Origin: Hyalangium minutum
Lineage (GTDB): Bacteria > Myxococcota > Myxococcia > Myxococcales > Myxococcaceae
Length of the DNA stretch: 248,000 nucleotides
Assembly: GCF_000737315.1 (NCBI RefSeq)
Contig: NZ_JMCB01000002.1
Span: 268,001 to 516,000, forward strand
Direction: 5' to 3'
Shown here in pieces: positions 235,862 to 246,021 of this stretch. Under the pieces are notes generated by a model, which ran no database searches, was not told the origin of the DNA, and worked only from the letters and a program-made list of their open reading frames with translations. Every line of letters starts with the position of its first letter. Positions within the stretch are counted from its first letter, which is position 1. The position numbers and the translations under genes were made by a program.

Positions 235862-238459
235862 TCAGGGGAGCTTCTGCTTCGTCGTGAGCACCGGGGCGAA
235901 CAGGTCTCCCACCGCGTCCAGCCGCTTGCGAACAGTTTGGATGTTGAAGCGGCTGGGATCCAGACGCCGGGTGACTTCGCTCCATTGGAGCGGCGCGGAG
236001 AACGAGGCCGCCTCCACCGCGCGCAGCGAGTAGGGCGCCACCACCGTCTTCCCCCGTCCGTTCTGGCCCGCGTCGAGGTAGAGCCGCCCTCCGCGCTTGT
236101 TGATGGCGCGCTCCGTGGTGGCGATGTCCTTCAGCTCCAGCGCCAGCTGGTTGGCGATGTCGTTCGCGAACCGCATGGCCTGCTCGTGGGTGTACCCGGC
236201 GCGCAGTGGGACGAGCACGTGGAGACCCCGCTTGCCGGACGTCTTCGGGAAGCTCTCCAGCCCCAGCGACTCCAGCTTCTTGCGCATCGCCGTGGCCACG
236301 CGGATGAGGTCCTCCCAGGTCCCCTTGCCTGGGTCCAGATCGAACAGCACCCAGTCCGGGCTCGTGAGCGTCGGCGCGTGGCTGGACCACATGTGCATCG
236401 TTAGCGCCGACTGGTTGGCCAGCCACAGGAGCGCGTCCGGTGTCTTCGCGTTCACGTGGTCGATCGTCCGGTTCAGGTGCTTCACGCGCAGGGTCGGCAC
236501 CCAGTCGGGCTTGCCGGACAGCTCGTGCTTGAAGAAGCCGGGCGCCAGGATGCCCGCAGGCCACTGCTGCACCGAGATGGGACGGTCCGCCAGCACTGGC
236601 AGCATCAGCGGCGCCACCTGGCGGTAGAACTCGAAGACGTCCTCCTTGGTGTACCCGCCCTTCGGGTACAGCACCCGGTCACCGCTCGTCAGCCGCGCCA
236701 GACTTGTCTTGGCCGGAGCGCCCTCCTGCCTCGGGAGCTTCGCGGTCCGGGCCGCCAGAGCGCCCGGCGCCCGGCGCGTACCCGTGTTCCGGGTGGCCGC
236801 GCGCTTCGTGGCTGTGCGCTTCGTCGCCGTGCGCTTCGTGGCCGCACGTGTGCGAGGCACGGGGGCGGTCTCCACCGGCTCGGGTTCGGCGGTTCGGGCC
236901 TTGCTCCGGGCCGTGGGGCTGGGCCGCTCGCGGATGACTTCTTCGGGCTTCTTGTCCGTGCGCAGACCCTGGAACACCGGGTGCCGCAGGCGGCCGTCGT
237001 CCGTCCACTCGGTGAAGTGGACCTGGGCCACATACTTGGGCCGCACCCAGACCGCACCTGGGCGCTTCTTCGCATCCACCGCCACGGGCTTGTCCACCCG
237101 GATCTTCTCCAGCAGCTCCCGCAGCTGGTGCCGCATCTTCGTGTCGAAGCCCGTGCCCACCTTGCCCACGTCGCGGTAGCCGTCCGGCCCGTTCACGCCC
237201 ACCAGCAGCGCGCCGATCTCCTTGGCCGAGTGCTCGTTCTTGATGGGCAGGAACCCGAGGATGACGACCTCCTGGCCAGCGATGACCTTGAGCTTCAGCC
237301 ACTGCCCCGAGCGCGAGCCCACGTACGCTGAGCCCTTCCGCTTGGCGATCAGCCCCTCCCAGCCGTGCCGCTGCGCCTCCTTCAGCGCGCGCTCCATCGG
237401 CATGTTCATCCGCTCGGCCAGCTGCAGCGGGGGCTTCACGCCCGAGAACAGGCTCTCCAGCAGCTCGCGCCGGGCCTCCAGCGGCTTGTCCCGCAGGTCA
237501 TGCCCGTCCAGCCACAGCAAGTCGAAGGCGACGAAGCGCAGTTCCCCGCCGCTCTGGTTCTGGAGCAGTTGGAAGCTGGAGCGCCCCTTCTTGTCCAGGG
237601 CGACCACCTCGCCATCAATCACCGCTTCCGGCACGCGCAGCCGCCGCAGCGCCTCCGCCACCGTGGGAAAGCGCCCGGACAGGTCATTGCCGTTGCGGCT
237701 CTTGAAGACGAGCCCACTGCCAGAGAGCGAGGCGATGGCGCGGAAGCCGTCGTACTTGATCTCGAAGACGTGCGTGGCGTCGCTGGCCTCCTCGGGAGTG
237801 GACAGCTTCGCGAGCATGGGCGGCCACACGCGCTGGAGGATCGTCTCCGCCGGAGGGTGCACCCGCTCCAGCGCGCTCTTGCGCACCGGGCCGCGCGTCT
237901 CGCGGCGGCCGGACTTCACGGACTCGGGGCGCTCGGCCACCACGTCGTAGTCCGGCTTCTCCTGGCCGTCGATCGACTTGAAGCACAGCCACTGGTTCTT
238001 CCGCCCATTCCCTCGCGTGCGGATGAGGTGCCAGCGGCCCTGCAGCTTGTCGCCGTGCAGGTCCACCACCAGGTGGCCCTTCTCGCGCTGCTCGTAGGCC
238101 TTGCCGGGTGGCACCGTCTCGTAGGTGCCTTCGTCCCAGAGCAGCGAGTCCCCGCCGCCATACTCCTCGTCTGGGATGCGGCCCTCGAAGCGGGCGTAGG
238201 ACATGGGGTGGTCCTCGGTCTCCACCGCCAGCCGCTTCTGCTTCGGGTCGTAGCTGGGACCCTTGGGAATCGCCCAGCTCGCCAGCGCGCCGTCGATCTC
238301 CAGGCGCAAGTCATAGTGCATCCGCGTGGCGTCGTGCTTGTGCACCACGAAGAGGGCCTCTGCGCCGCGCTTCTTCAGCGACACATCCGGCGAGGGCTCG
238401 GGCGTCTTCTGGAAGTCGCGCTTGGCGCGGTAGGTCTGGAGCGATCGTCTGGCTTTCAC
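235862..238459 (-). CDS. ligD: NHEJ DNA ligase D (phosphoesterase-ligase-polymerase)
   Basis: H.ATR.HYD.RLE, E.KYDG.R, EGL.AK, DLDP, KTSG.RG.H. Confidence 0.95.
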   Translation of the reverse strand: MKARRSLQTYRAKRDFQKTPEPSPDVSLKKRGAEALFVVHKHDATRMHYDLRLEIDGALASWAIPKGPSYDPKQKRLAVETEDHPMSYARFEGRIPDEEYGGGDSLLWDEGTYETVPPGKAYEQREKGHLVVDLHGDKLQGRWHLIRTRGNGRKNQWLCFKSIDGQEKPDYDVVAERPESVKSGRRETRGPVRKSALERVHPPAETILQRVWPPMLAKLSTPEEASDATHVFEIKYDGFRAIASLSGSGLVFKSRNGNDLSGRFPTVAEALRRLRVPEAVIDGEVVALDKKGRSSFQLLQNQSGGELRFVAFDLLWLDGHDLRDKPLEARRELLESLFSGVKPPLQLAERMNMPMERALKEAQRHGWEGLIAKRKGSAYVGSRSGQWLKLKVIAGQEVVILGFLPIKNEHSAKEIGALLVGVNGPDGYRDVGKVGTGFDTKMRHQLRELLEKIRVDKPVAVDAKKRPGAVWVRPKYVAQVHFTEWTDDGRLRHPVFQGLRTDKKPEEVIRERPSPTARSKARTAEPEPVETAPVPRTRAATKRTATKRTATKRAATRNTGTRRAPGALAARTAKLPRQEGAPAKTSLARLTSGDRVLYPKGGYTKEDVFEFYRQVAPLMLPVLADRPISVQQWPAGILAPGFFKHELSGKPDWVPTLRVKHLNRTIDHVNAKTPDALLWLANQSALTMHMWSSHAPTLTSPDWVLFDLDPGKGTWEDLIRVATAMRKKLESLGLESFPKTSGKRGLHVLVPLRAGYTHEQAMRFANDIANQLALELKDIATTERAINKRGGRLYLDAGQNGRGKTVVAPYSLRAVEAASFSAPLQWSEVTRRLDPSRFNIQTVRKRLDAVGDLFAPVLTTKQKLP

Positions 238460-238821
238460 CCCTCAAGACTCCGCATTGCCCCAGCAGCGTGCAATTCGAG
238501 CAGACGAGGGAGAACTCCAGCCGGAAGACACCAGGCGCCCCAGGCCCCCGCCTCACGGCCGGAGGGTTGTTCAACCGACCGGTCCGACTCAGAACCCGGG
238601 CCTTGGGGCGCTCCACCGTCCCCCGTGGGCGCGCTCATTCCCCGTGAGGGGCACGAGCACACCACGCGTCGAAGCACTCAGAAGTGCTCCGCACCACAAT
238701 GTGAAGATAAAGGCCTCGGAACATGCCGCCAGCGGACTTGACTGGCTCGCCCGGTCACCGCCCGGAGGAGCACCTCGGCCTGCGAGAGGCCATGCACATC
238801 CTTGAGAGCACGGAGGACTTC

Positions 238822-239133
238822 ATGACCGAGGTCATCGGGTGGTTCAGCTCTTTCGTTCTCGTGCTGACCATTGGGAAGCAGGTGCACAAGCAGTGGAAGT
238901 CGGGCTCCAGCGAGGGCGTGTCCAAGTGGCTCTTCGTCGGGCAGATCACCGCGTCTATCGGCTTTACGCTCTACAGCGTCCTGGTGCGCAACTGGGTGTT
239001 CGTGGTGACCAACGCCCTGCTGCTGCTGAGCGCCATCATGGGCGGCGTCATCGTGATGAAGCACCGGCGCGCCGAGCGGCGAGGCATGCGCCCCGCCGGG
239101 CCGTCCCGGCCCACACGGACCGTGCGGGCCTGA
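238822..239133 (+). CDS. PQ-loop / SemiSWEET-like membrane protein
   Basis: Three TM helices; Q..K..K. Confidence 0.75.
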   Translation: MTEVIGWFSSFVLVLTIGKQVHKQWKSGSSEGVSKWLFVGQITASIGFTLYSVLVRNWVFVVTNALLLLSAIMGGVIVMKHRRAERRGMRPAGPSRPTRTVRA

Positions 239134-239212
239134 GCCGCTCCTCGCTCGAGCGCCGTCAACTCGGGCCCCGCCCTTCTGCCGAGCTGGAAAGGCGGGGCGA
239201 GCGGGAGCCTGC

Positions 239213-239521
239213 TCAGATGAGCGGGCGCGGCTGACGGCTCATCTCCTCCGGGCCCTTCAGGATGGAGGCATGGCCGCCGTGCTGCAGGCGCTGCTCCTCG
239301 TCGTAGGGCGCGGAGAACGTCTTCACCAGCTTGTTGTAGGTGCCCAGGATGAGGATGGTCGGCGCCCACTGGCCCACGAAGTTGGCCCACGTCTTGCGGT
239401 TGAGCAGCATCAGGGTGGCGCTCACCGCCATCGCTCCAAGGGCCAACCCGAGGAAGCCCACGGAGGGAACGCGCTTGGTCATCTGCTCGATGCTCGAAGT
239501 CGCTACGTCTTCGTTCTTCAT
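239213..239521 (-). CDS. Small membrane protein
   Basis: FVGQWAPT.L.LG.YNKLVK. Confidence 0.65.
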   Translation of the reverse strand: MKNEDVATSSIEQMTKRVPSVGFLGLALGAMAVSATLMLLNRKTWANFVGQWAPTILILGTYNKLVKTFSAPYDEEQRLQHGGHASILKGPEEMSRQPRPLI

Positions 239522-239675
239522 GTCCAGGGTCCTCCCGGAAAGGGTGTGCGGCAAAAGTGCGCATGACGCGATCGCTGTCATGCCCTGCCTGCCTGTCTGC
239601 TCCATGGGCGGCCCCGGGAGCCGGGTTGGCGCCCGTCTCCGGCCCAACCACATTGCCTGGGTTCTGCGAGGAGGC

Positions 239676-240167
239676 ATGGAGATGGCAGAGAAGTCCGAGG
239701 TGGCGAAGCTGCGCAGTCTGGCTCAGTTGGATGCGGATGCGGTGGGGGCCTACGACGCGGCCATTGCCCGGGTGAGCGAACCCCTGGTGCGCGAGCGGCT
239801 CAATGACTTCCGGGTGGATCACGTGCGGCACGTGCAAGACTTGAACGCGCTCATCCAGCGCTTGGGCGGTGAGGCGGTGGAGCTCAAGCCGGATCTCAAG
239901 GGTGCCGCGATGAAGGGGCTCACGGCGGTGACGAGCATGATGGGCACCGAGGCGGCCCTGGTGGCCATGTTGGGCAACGAGGAGTTCTCCAACCGGGCCT
240001 ATGAGCTGGCCCTCCAGTTCGACTGGAGCCCGGAAGTCCGCGCCCTCATCCAGAAGAACCGCGAGGATGAGTACCGGCACGTGACGTGGATCCGCGACGC
240101 GGTCCGCACCCGTCCTTGGCTCAAGGACGGTGCCCGCGCCGACGAAGGCACCGAAATCCAGGCCTGA
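239676..240167 (+). CDS. Ferritin-like (DUF2383) protein
   Basis: D.DA..AY, DH.RH, DE.RH. Confidence 0.8.
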   Translation: MEMAEKSEVAKLRSLAQLDADAVGAYDAAIARVSEPLVRERLNDFRVDHVRHVQDLNALIQRLGGEAVELKPDLKGAAMKGLTAVTSMMGTEAALVAMLGNEEFSNRAYELALQFDWSPEVRALIQKNREDEYRHVTWIRDAVRTRPWLKDGARADEGTEIQA

Positions 240168-240263
240168 GCGCCGGAAAAAAAGCAGGCCGCCCGATATGCC
240201 GGGCCCCGGTAGACGTTAAGCTCACGGGAATTTCCGTCCATTTTCCCAGGAGAGGGGCCTGGC

Positions 240264-241787
240264 ATGCGTTTGGCGGTCTTCGCTGTGGCGATTGTCGGAG
240301 TCTTGCTGGGAGGCTGTGCCACGAGCCGGGGGGGAAGCGGCATCCCCGCCGAGGAGGCCCTCTATGACATGCCCCTCGAGGAGATCTGGCCCTCGGTTCG
240401 CCAGTTCTTCACCGACACCGGCCTGTCTTTCCGTGAGGACGTCGGTACCTTCGTGCTGGAGACGGAGTGGCGCGAGGAGTTCGGTGGCTCGCGGGTGTCT
240501 GGTTACTGGCACCGCTACATGGTGGTGGGCAAGCGCGACACCCCCACCTCCAGCAAGCTCTGGGTCTTCCGCATCACCCGCACCGCCAACAGCACGCTGG
240601 CCAACCCAGGCTCTCAGATCTCCTGGGGCGTGAGCCGCTCGCTGGGTGGAGCTGACGGGCTCATTGGCGACGACGCCGCCGGGGGGGAGGCAAGCGGGCT
240701 GGCCAACAACAGCATCGAGGACATGTCCGCGTTCATGGAGCAGCCGCGCGGCGAGAACGCCATCTCGGCGGGCTCGCGGGATGGCCAGCGCGACCTGGTG
240801 ATGGAGTGGAAGGTGTTCCACGGGATTGCGCCCCACCTGGCGAAGATCCGTGAGGAGCAGCTGGCCAAGCAGGGCGGCTCGGGGCAGGTGGTGGCGGCGC
240901 TGCCGAAGCTCAAGAGCGAGCCCGCGGCCAAGCTGGGCATCGAGTGCGGGATGACCATCCTCGGCCTGCTGCCGCAGGCCAAGCCTGGCTCGGTGATGAT
241001 GCTGGGCGAGCTGCACGGCACCCAGGAGGTGCCCCGGTTCGTGGCGCAGGGCGCTTGCCAGGTGGCCTCCTCGGGCACGCCGATGACGGTGGGCCTGGAG
241101 CTGCCGGTGGAGAACCAGGCGCGGGTGAGCGCCTTCCTGCGCAGCGCCGGTACGGATGACGACTGGCTGAAGCTGATGGAGGCGCCCTTCTGGCGCAGCC
241201 CCTTCCCGGACGGGCGCAGCAGCGAGGGCATGGCGAACCTGCTGGAGCAACTGCGCCGGCTGCGCTCCCAGGGGCTGGACGTGGACGCCTTCGTGTTCGA
241301 CCACCCCAAGGCCCAGGGTCAGGAGCGCGAGAATGCCATGGCCGAGACGGTGCTCTCCTACGTGCGCAAGGGCCCAGGCCGCTTCTTCATGGTGGTGTCC
241401 GGCAACATCCACCCGCGCACCGCTCAGGGCCTGCCCTGGGACAAGAAATACAAGCCCATGGGCCTGCTCATCTCCCAAGAGGTGGACGACACCCTCGCCC
241501 TGGACATGGCCTACAACAGTGGCACGGCGTGGATCTGCGCGGCAGGCACCCAGAGCGACAAGCTGGAGTGCGGGGTGAAGGACACCCGCGGCAAGGACAA
241601 CGGGGACCGCTACTTCGTCCACCTGTGGGATGACGAGGACGGCAACGGCTTCCACGGCGTGTTCTACGTGGGCCCGGTGACGGCCTCGCTGCCCGCGGTG
241701 CGCCGGGGGCTGGGGCGCCCGGGGGCGGATGACAACTCCGTCCACCCGGTGCTGGGGCAGGAGCGCCCCCGGTTCTCCCGCCGTTGA
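240264..241787 (+). CDS. Lipoprotein with C-terminal TraB/erythromycin-esterase-like domain
   Basis: Lipobox LGGC; LGELHGT.E, GN.H. Confidence 0.6.
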   Translation: MRLAVFAVAIVGVLLGGCATSRGGSGIPAEEALYDMPLEEIWPSVRQFFTDTGLSFREDVGTFVLETEWREEFGGSRVSGYWHRYMVVGKRDTPTSSKLWVFRITRTANSTLANPGSQISWGVSRSLGGADGLIGDDAAGGEASGLANNSIEDMSAFMEQPRGENAISAGSRDGQRDLVMEWKVFHGIAPHLAKIREEQLAKQGGSGQVVAALPKLKSEPAAKLGIECGMTILGLLPQAKPGSVMMLGELHGTQEVPRFVAQGACQVASSGTPMTVGLELPVENQARVSAFLRSAGTDDDWLKLMEAPFWRSPFPDGRSSEGMANLLEQLRRLRSQGLDVDAFVFDHPKAQGQERENAMAETVLSYVRKGPGRFFMVVSGNIHPRTAQGLPWDKKYKPMGLLISQEVDDTLALDMAYNSGTAWICAAGTQSDKLECGVKDTRGKDNGDRYFVHLWDDEDGNGFHGVFYVGPVTASLPAVRRGLGRPGADDNSVHPVLGQERPRFSRR

Positions 241788-241851
241788 CCGGTGCACCCGA
241801 GGCTCGCGGCACTGCTGCGAGCCCCCCGGGCGGTAGCGTAGGCTGCCGCGC

Positions 241852-243240
241852 GTGAGCGAACTCACCGTCTATCAGCCGGACTTCCTCTATCGGGACGGCC
241901 GGTTTCACTCGGGCGCCTCCCTGCACGTGGGCGCCCATGGCCGCATCCTCCCGGAGGGGCCTGTGCCCGAGGGCGCGCGGGTGGTCCGCCTGCCCGGGCG
242001 CGCGCTGCTGCCGGGGCTCGTCAACGGGCACTCGCACGCCTTCCAGCGCCTCATCCGTGGACGCACGGAGTACGTGGCCGCGGGCCACGGCACGGATGAC
242101 TTCTGGAGCTGGCGCGAGGCCATGTACCGCGCCGCCGAGGCCTTGAATCCCGAGGAGGTCTACACCGCCTCGCGGCAGGCCTTCCTGGAGATGCTGCTGG
242201 CCGGCATCACCTCCGTGGGCGAGTTCCACTACCTGCACCACCAGCCGGATGGCACGCCGTACGTGGAGCGCAATGCGCTGGCCTTCGAAGTGATTCGCGC
242301 CGCGCGGGACGTGGGGCTGCGGATCGTGCTGCTGCGCGTGGGCTATGCGCGCGCGGGCTTCCGCGTGCCAGAGAACCCCCGGCAGCGGCGGTTCATCGAC
242401 AGGGACGTGGACACCTTCCTGGCCTCGGTGCAGGAGCTCGCCCGGGAGATGGAGGGACAGGCCGGGGTGAGCGTGGGGCTGGCGCCGCACAGCGTGCGCG
242501 CGGTGCCTCGGGAGTGGCTCACCACGCTCGCGGGACTGCGCGGCGGGAACATGCCCATGCACATGCATGTGGCCGAGCAGCCCAAGGAGCTCGAGGCCTG
242601 CGTGGCCGAGTACGGCCTGCGGCCCGTGGAGCTGCTCGAGGAGCTGGGGCTGCTGGAGCCGCGCTTCACCGCCGTGCACGCGGTGCATGTGACGGAGGAC
242701 GAGGCCCGGATGCTGGGGGAAGTCGGCGCGGGCGTGTGTGCGTGCCCCTCCACCGAGCGCAACCTGGGCGATGGCATCGTCCCCGCGGACCGGCTGGTGA
242801 ACGCGGGCGCGCGGCTGTGCCTGGGCTCGGACAGCCAGGCCCGGGTGGATCTGCTCGACGAGGCGCGGCAGCTCGAGGAGCACCTCCGGCTGTCTCGTGT
242901 CCGGCGTGCGGTGCTGGATCCCGGCGGCGGCGCGGTGGATGGGCTGGCGGTCCGGCTGTTCCAGATGGCCACGGTGAATGGCGCCAAGAGCCTGGGGCTG
243001 ACCACGGGTGCGCTGGAGCCCGGCACGCCCGCGGACTTCTTCACGGTGGACCTGCACCACCCCTCGCTGGTGGGCGCGAGCCCCTCATCACTGCTGGCGG
243101 GGCTCGTGTTTGGCGCGGACAAGGCGGCGGTGCGGGACGTGGCGATGGATGGGCGGCTCGTGGTGAAGGACGGACAGCACCCCCGCCAAGAGGAGTCCTC
243201 GCGCGCCTTCCATGCCCTGGCTCGGAGGCTGTACTCGTGA
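241852..243240 (+). CDS. hutF: Formimidoylglutamate deiminase
   Basis: HSHAFQR, EFHYLH, H.AEQ, NLGDG, GSDS. Confidence 0.93.
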   Translation: MSELTVYQPDFLYRDGRFHSGASLHVGAHGRILPEGPVPEGARVVRLPGRALLPGLVNGHSHAFQRLIRGRTEYVAAGHGTDDFWSWREAMYRAAEALNPEEVYTASRQAFLEMLLAGITSVGEFHYLHHQPDGTPYVERNALAFEVIRAARDVGLRIVLLRVGYARAGFRVPENPRQRRFIDRDVDTFLASVQELAREMEGQAGVSVGLAPHSVRAVPREWLTTLAGLRGGNMPMHMHVAEQPKELEACVAEYGLRPVELLEELGLLEPRFTAVHAVHVTEDEARMLGEVGAGVCACPSTERNLGDGIVPADRLVNAGARLCLGSDSQARVDLLDEARQLEEHLRLSRVRRAVLDPGGGAVDGLAVRLFQMATVNGAKSLGLTTGALEPGTPADFFTVDLHHPSLVGASPSSLLAGLVFGADKAAVRDVAMDGRLVVKDGQHPRQEESSRAFHALARRLYS

Positions 243241-244376
243241 ACGATACGCTGCCCGCGCTGCGGGCCACGTTGGCGGAGCTGGTTGCACTGGACACCACCT
243301 CGGTGCGCCCGAACGCGCCGCTCATCGACTACGCCCAGGCGCGCCTGGAGGCTGCGGGGTTCGTGGCCGAGCGCCTGCTCTACACGGACGATGCGGGTGT
243401 GGAGAAGGTGAACCTGGTGGCGGTGAAGGGAGGCAACGAGGGGCGCGCGGCGCTGGCGCTGGTGGGGCACTCGGACTGCGTGCCGTATGACGCCGCGTGG
243501 AAGGACGCGCTCAAGCTCACCGAGAAAGACGGGCGGCTCTACGGGCGCGGCGCGTGTGACACCAAGGGCTTCATTGCCAGCGCGCTCCATGCGGCCACCC
243601 GGGCGGAGCGGCTGAAGGCGCCGCTGATGGTGGTGCTCACGGCGGACGAGGAGATCGGCCTGGTGGGCGCCAAGAAGCTGGTGGAGGCGGGGAAGGGGCG
243701 GGCGAGGCACGCCATCGTCGGCGAGCCCACCCGGCTTATCCCGGTGCGCGCCAACAAGGGCTACTGCCTGGGCGAGGTGGAGGTGCGGGGCAAGGAGGGG
243801 CACAGCGCGTACCCGGACACGGGGGCGTCGGCCATCTTCCGCGCCAGCCGCTTCCTGCAGAGGCTGGAGCAGGTGGCTCGCACGGTGCTCCGCGAGGAGC
243901 GGGACGCGAGCTTCGAGCCGCCCTACACCACGGTGAACGTGGGGCTCATCCAGGGCGGCAAGGCGAAGAACGTCATCCCCGGCCTGTGCCGCTTCACGGT
244001 GGAGTGGCGGCCCATCCCCGGGCAGTCGCCGCAGCGGGTGGTGGAGCTGATGGAGAGCATCCGTCAGGAGCTGGTGCGCGACGAGCCGGCCTTCGAGGCG
244101 GATATCCGCGTGCTGCGCACCGACAGCGGGGTGAGCACGGCGCCGGACGCCGAGGTGGTGCGCTTCCTCGCGGAGGCCACGGGCAACGCCCCGGAGACGG
244201 TGTCCTTCGGCACGGAGGCCCCGCAGCTCACGGCCCTGGGCGCCGAGGCGGTGGTGTTCGGCCCGGGAGACATCCGCGTGGCCCACCAGACAGGCGAGTA
244301 CGTGCCCATCGAGGACCTGGTGCGCTGCGAGGCGGTGCTCTCGCAGGCCATTGCCCGCTTCTGCGGCGGGAGCTGA
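243237..244376 (+). CDS. argE: Acetylornithine deacetylase
   Basis: GH.D.VP, GRG.CD.KG, DEE.G, GEPT, AH...E. Confidence 0.9.
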   Translation: MNDTLPALRATLAELVALDTTSVRPNAPLIDYAQARLEAAGFVAERLLYTDDAGVEKVNLVAVKGGNEGRAALALVGHSDCVPYDAAWKDALKLTEKDGRLYGRGACDTKGFIASALHAATRAERLKAPLMVVLTADEEIGLVGAKKLVEAGKGRARHAIVGEPTRLIPVRANKGYCLGEVEVRGKEGHSAYPDTGASAIFRASRFLQRLEQVARTVLREERDASFEPPYTTVNVGLIQGGKAKNVIPGLCRFTVEWRPIPGQSPQRVVELMESIRQELVRDEPAFEADIRVLRTDSGVSTAPDAEVVRFLAEATGNAPETVSFGTEAPQLTALGAEAVVFGPGDIRVAHQTGEYVPIEDLVRCEAVLSQAIARFCGGS

Positions 244377-244487
244377 GCGGCTCCGCTCGCGCGGGGGGCA
244401 GCCAGGGGATCGAGCGGGTCTCGGCTGCCTGCCTCGCATTCACGGCGTGTCTACCGTGAACCGGTAGGCACTTGTGGAGGAGAGGCC

Positions 244488-245189
244488 ATGGCTCAATCGA
244501 ACTGGCGGCGCGCGCTGGTGGCGGCAGTGCTCGGGGCGTCTGTGGGGCTCCTGGGCGGCTGCGGCACCAGCGGGAACACTGAGGTGAAGGACTCCTGGAT
244601 GGCTCGTGTCCCCGAGGAGCGGATGGGGAGCGTGCGGGAGGCCCAGGCGTACAAACGGCAGGCCGCGGACGAGGTGGCGCGTGCCAACGTGGCGATCGGC
244701 GACGCCGAGCGTGCGCAGGAGGTGGCTCGCCGGAACGTGGAGGCCGCCAAGCTCCGCCGGGACGCGGAGAAGGCTCAGCTGAAAGCGGCCCAGGAGACGG
244801 GGCAGCAGAGCGGCATCCAATCGGCGGAGGCACAGCTCCAGGTGGCGGAGGCGGAGTTCGCGGCGGCCAAGGCCCAGGTGGACTGGCGAGACCAGAACCT
244901 GGAGGCCTGGAAGGCGCAGAGGCAGCTCCGGGAGCGCGAGCTCAAGGTGGCGGATGCCGAGCTGAACTACGCGCAGTACCGGGCCCTGAAGGAGAACGGG
245001 GACGTGCGGGCGCAGAAGCTCACCGAGGGGGACTTCCTCTCTACCCTCGACAAGGCCCGGAAGGAGGCCCGGGAGGCGCGGCGCGACGCGGATGAGCAGA
245101 CGCAGCAGGCCCGGCAGGCGCGCCTGCAGTGGGAGCAGCTCCGCGAGCGGGCGCAGGGGTACGGCGGCAGCGGCTGGAACCGGCGCTGA
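244488..245189 (+). CDS. Coiled-coil lipoprotein
   Basis: Lipobox LGGC. Confidence 0.65.
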   Translation: MAQSNWRRALVAAVLGASVGLLGGCGTSGNTEVKDSWMARVPEERMGSVREAQAYKRQAADEVARANVAIGDAERAQEVARRNVEAAKLRRDAEKAQLKAAQETGQQSGIQSAEAQLQVAEAEFAAAKAQVDWRDQNLEAWKAQRQLRERELKVADAELNYAQYRALKENGDVRAQKLTEGDFLSTLDKARKEAREARRDADEQTQQARQARLQWEQLRERAQGYGGSGWNRR

Positions 245190-245190
245190 G

Positions 245191-246009
245191 CTACAGCAAC
245201 GCCTCCAGCTCCTGCAGGTGCGAGAGCACCTCGCGCGGGTGCTGGGCCTCTTGCAGGCGGGTGGCGAGGCCATGGCTCGACAGCCTCGCCACGTGCGCCA
245301 GCCGCATGAGCCAGGGCCGGCCGCGCTCGCTGCCCACCATGACGATGAGCACGCGCAGCGGCTGCCCATCCGGCGTCTCATGCTTCAGCGGCTTCGCCAG
245401 GGTCACCAGTGCGGCCACGGAGGGCACTCCCTCCAGGGCCGCGTGGGGAACCGCCACCCCATTGCCCACCGAGCACGAGGCCCCGGCCTCCCGCCGCTCC
245501 AACTCGTCGGTGAGCTGCGAGGCCGCCAGCCCCGGGCAGGCGGCGCAGATGCGCTCGACGGCCATGTCTCGCGCATCCTCTACAGAGGAGCAGGAGAGCT
245601 GGAGGATGATGCGCTCGGGGGCCAGCAGCGGGGAGAGGGCGGGCGACACCTCTTCTCGCGAGGCGTCGCGCATGGGGAACTCCGCGTTGAGGAACTCACG
245701 GACCCGGGTGAGCTGTGCGCTGGTGAGCTGCCTCCGGGCGATGTCTAGGAAGACTGCCCCGGCGCCAGGCACCTGCTCCAGGTAGTTCGCCACCAGCGGG
245801 TTCACCCGGTGCGAGACATCCAGCAGCATCGCGGGGGGCACGCCCAGTTCGTGCGCGATGGCGGTGAGCCGCTCCGGTGTGGGCACGGCGTCCTGGCCAT
245901 GCTCCACGCGGCTCAGGTAGGCGCTGGAGACACCGATGCGCCGGGCCAGGTCTCGCAAGGAGAGGCCCGCGTCAACGCGCAGCAGCCGGATGGTCGCTCC
246001 CAGGTGCAT
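245191..246009 (-). CDS. XRE HTH fused to PTS EIIA(Ntr/Fru)-like domain
   Basis: LSLRDLA..IGVS.AYLS.VE; RE...GNGVAVPH. Confidence 0.85.
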   Translation of the reverse strand: MHLGATIRLLRVDAGLSLRDLARRIGVSSAYLSRVEHGQDAVPTPERLTAIAHELGVPPAMLLDVSHRVNPLVANYLEQVPGAGAVFLDIARRQLTSAQLTRVREFLNAEFPMRDASREEVSPALSPLLAPERIILQLSCSSVEDARDMAVERICAACPGLAASQLTDELERREAGASCSVGNGVAVPHAALEGVPSVAALVTLAKPLKHETPDGQPLRVLIVMVGSERGRPWLMRLAHVARLSSHGLATRLQEAQHPREVLSHLQELEALL

Positions 246010-246021
246010 GGTCCCTCAGGC

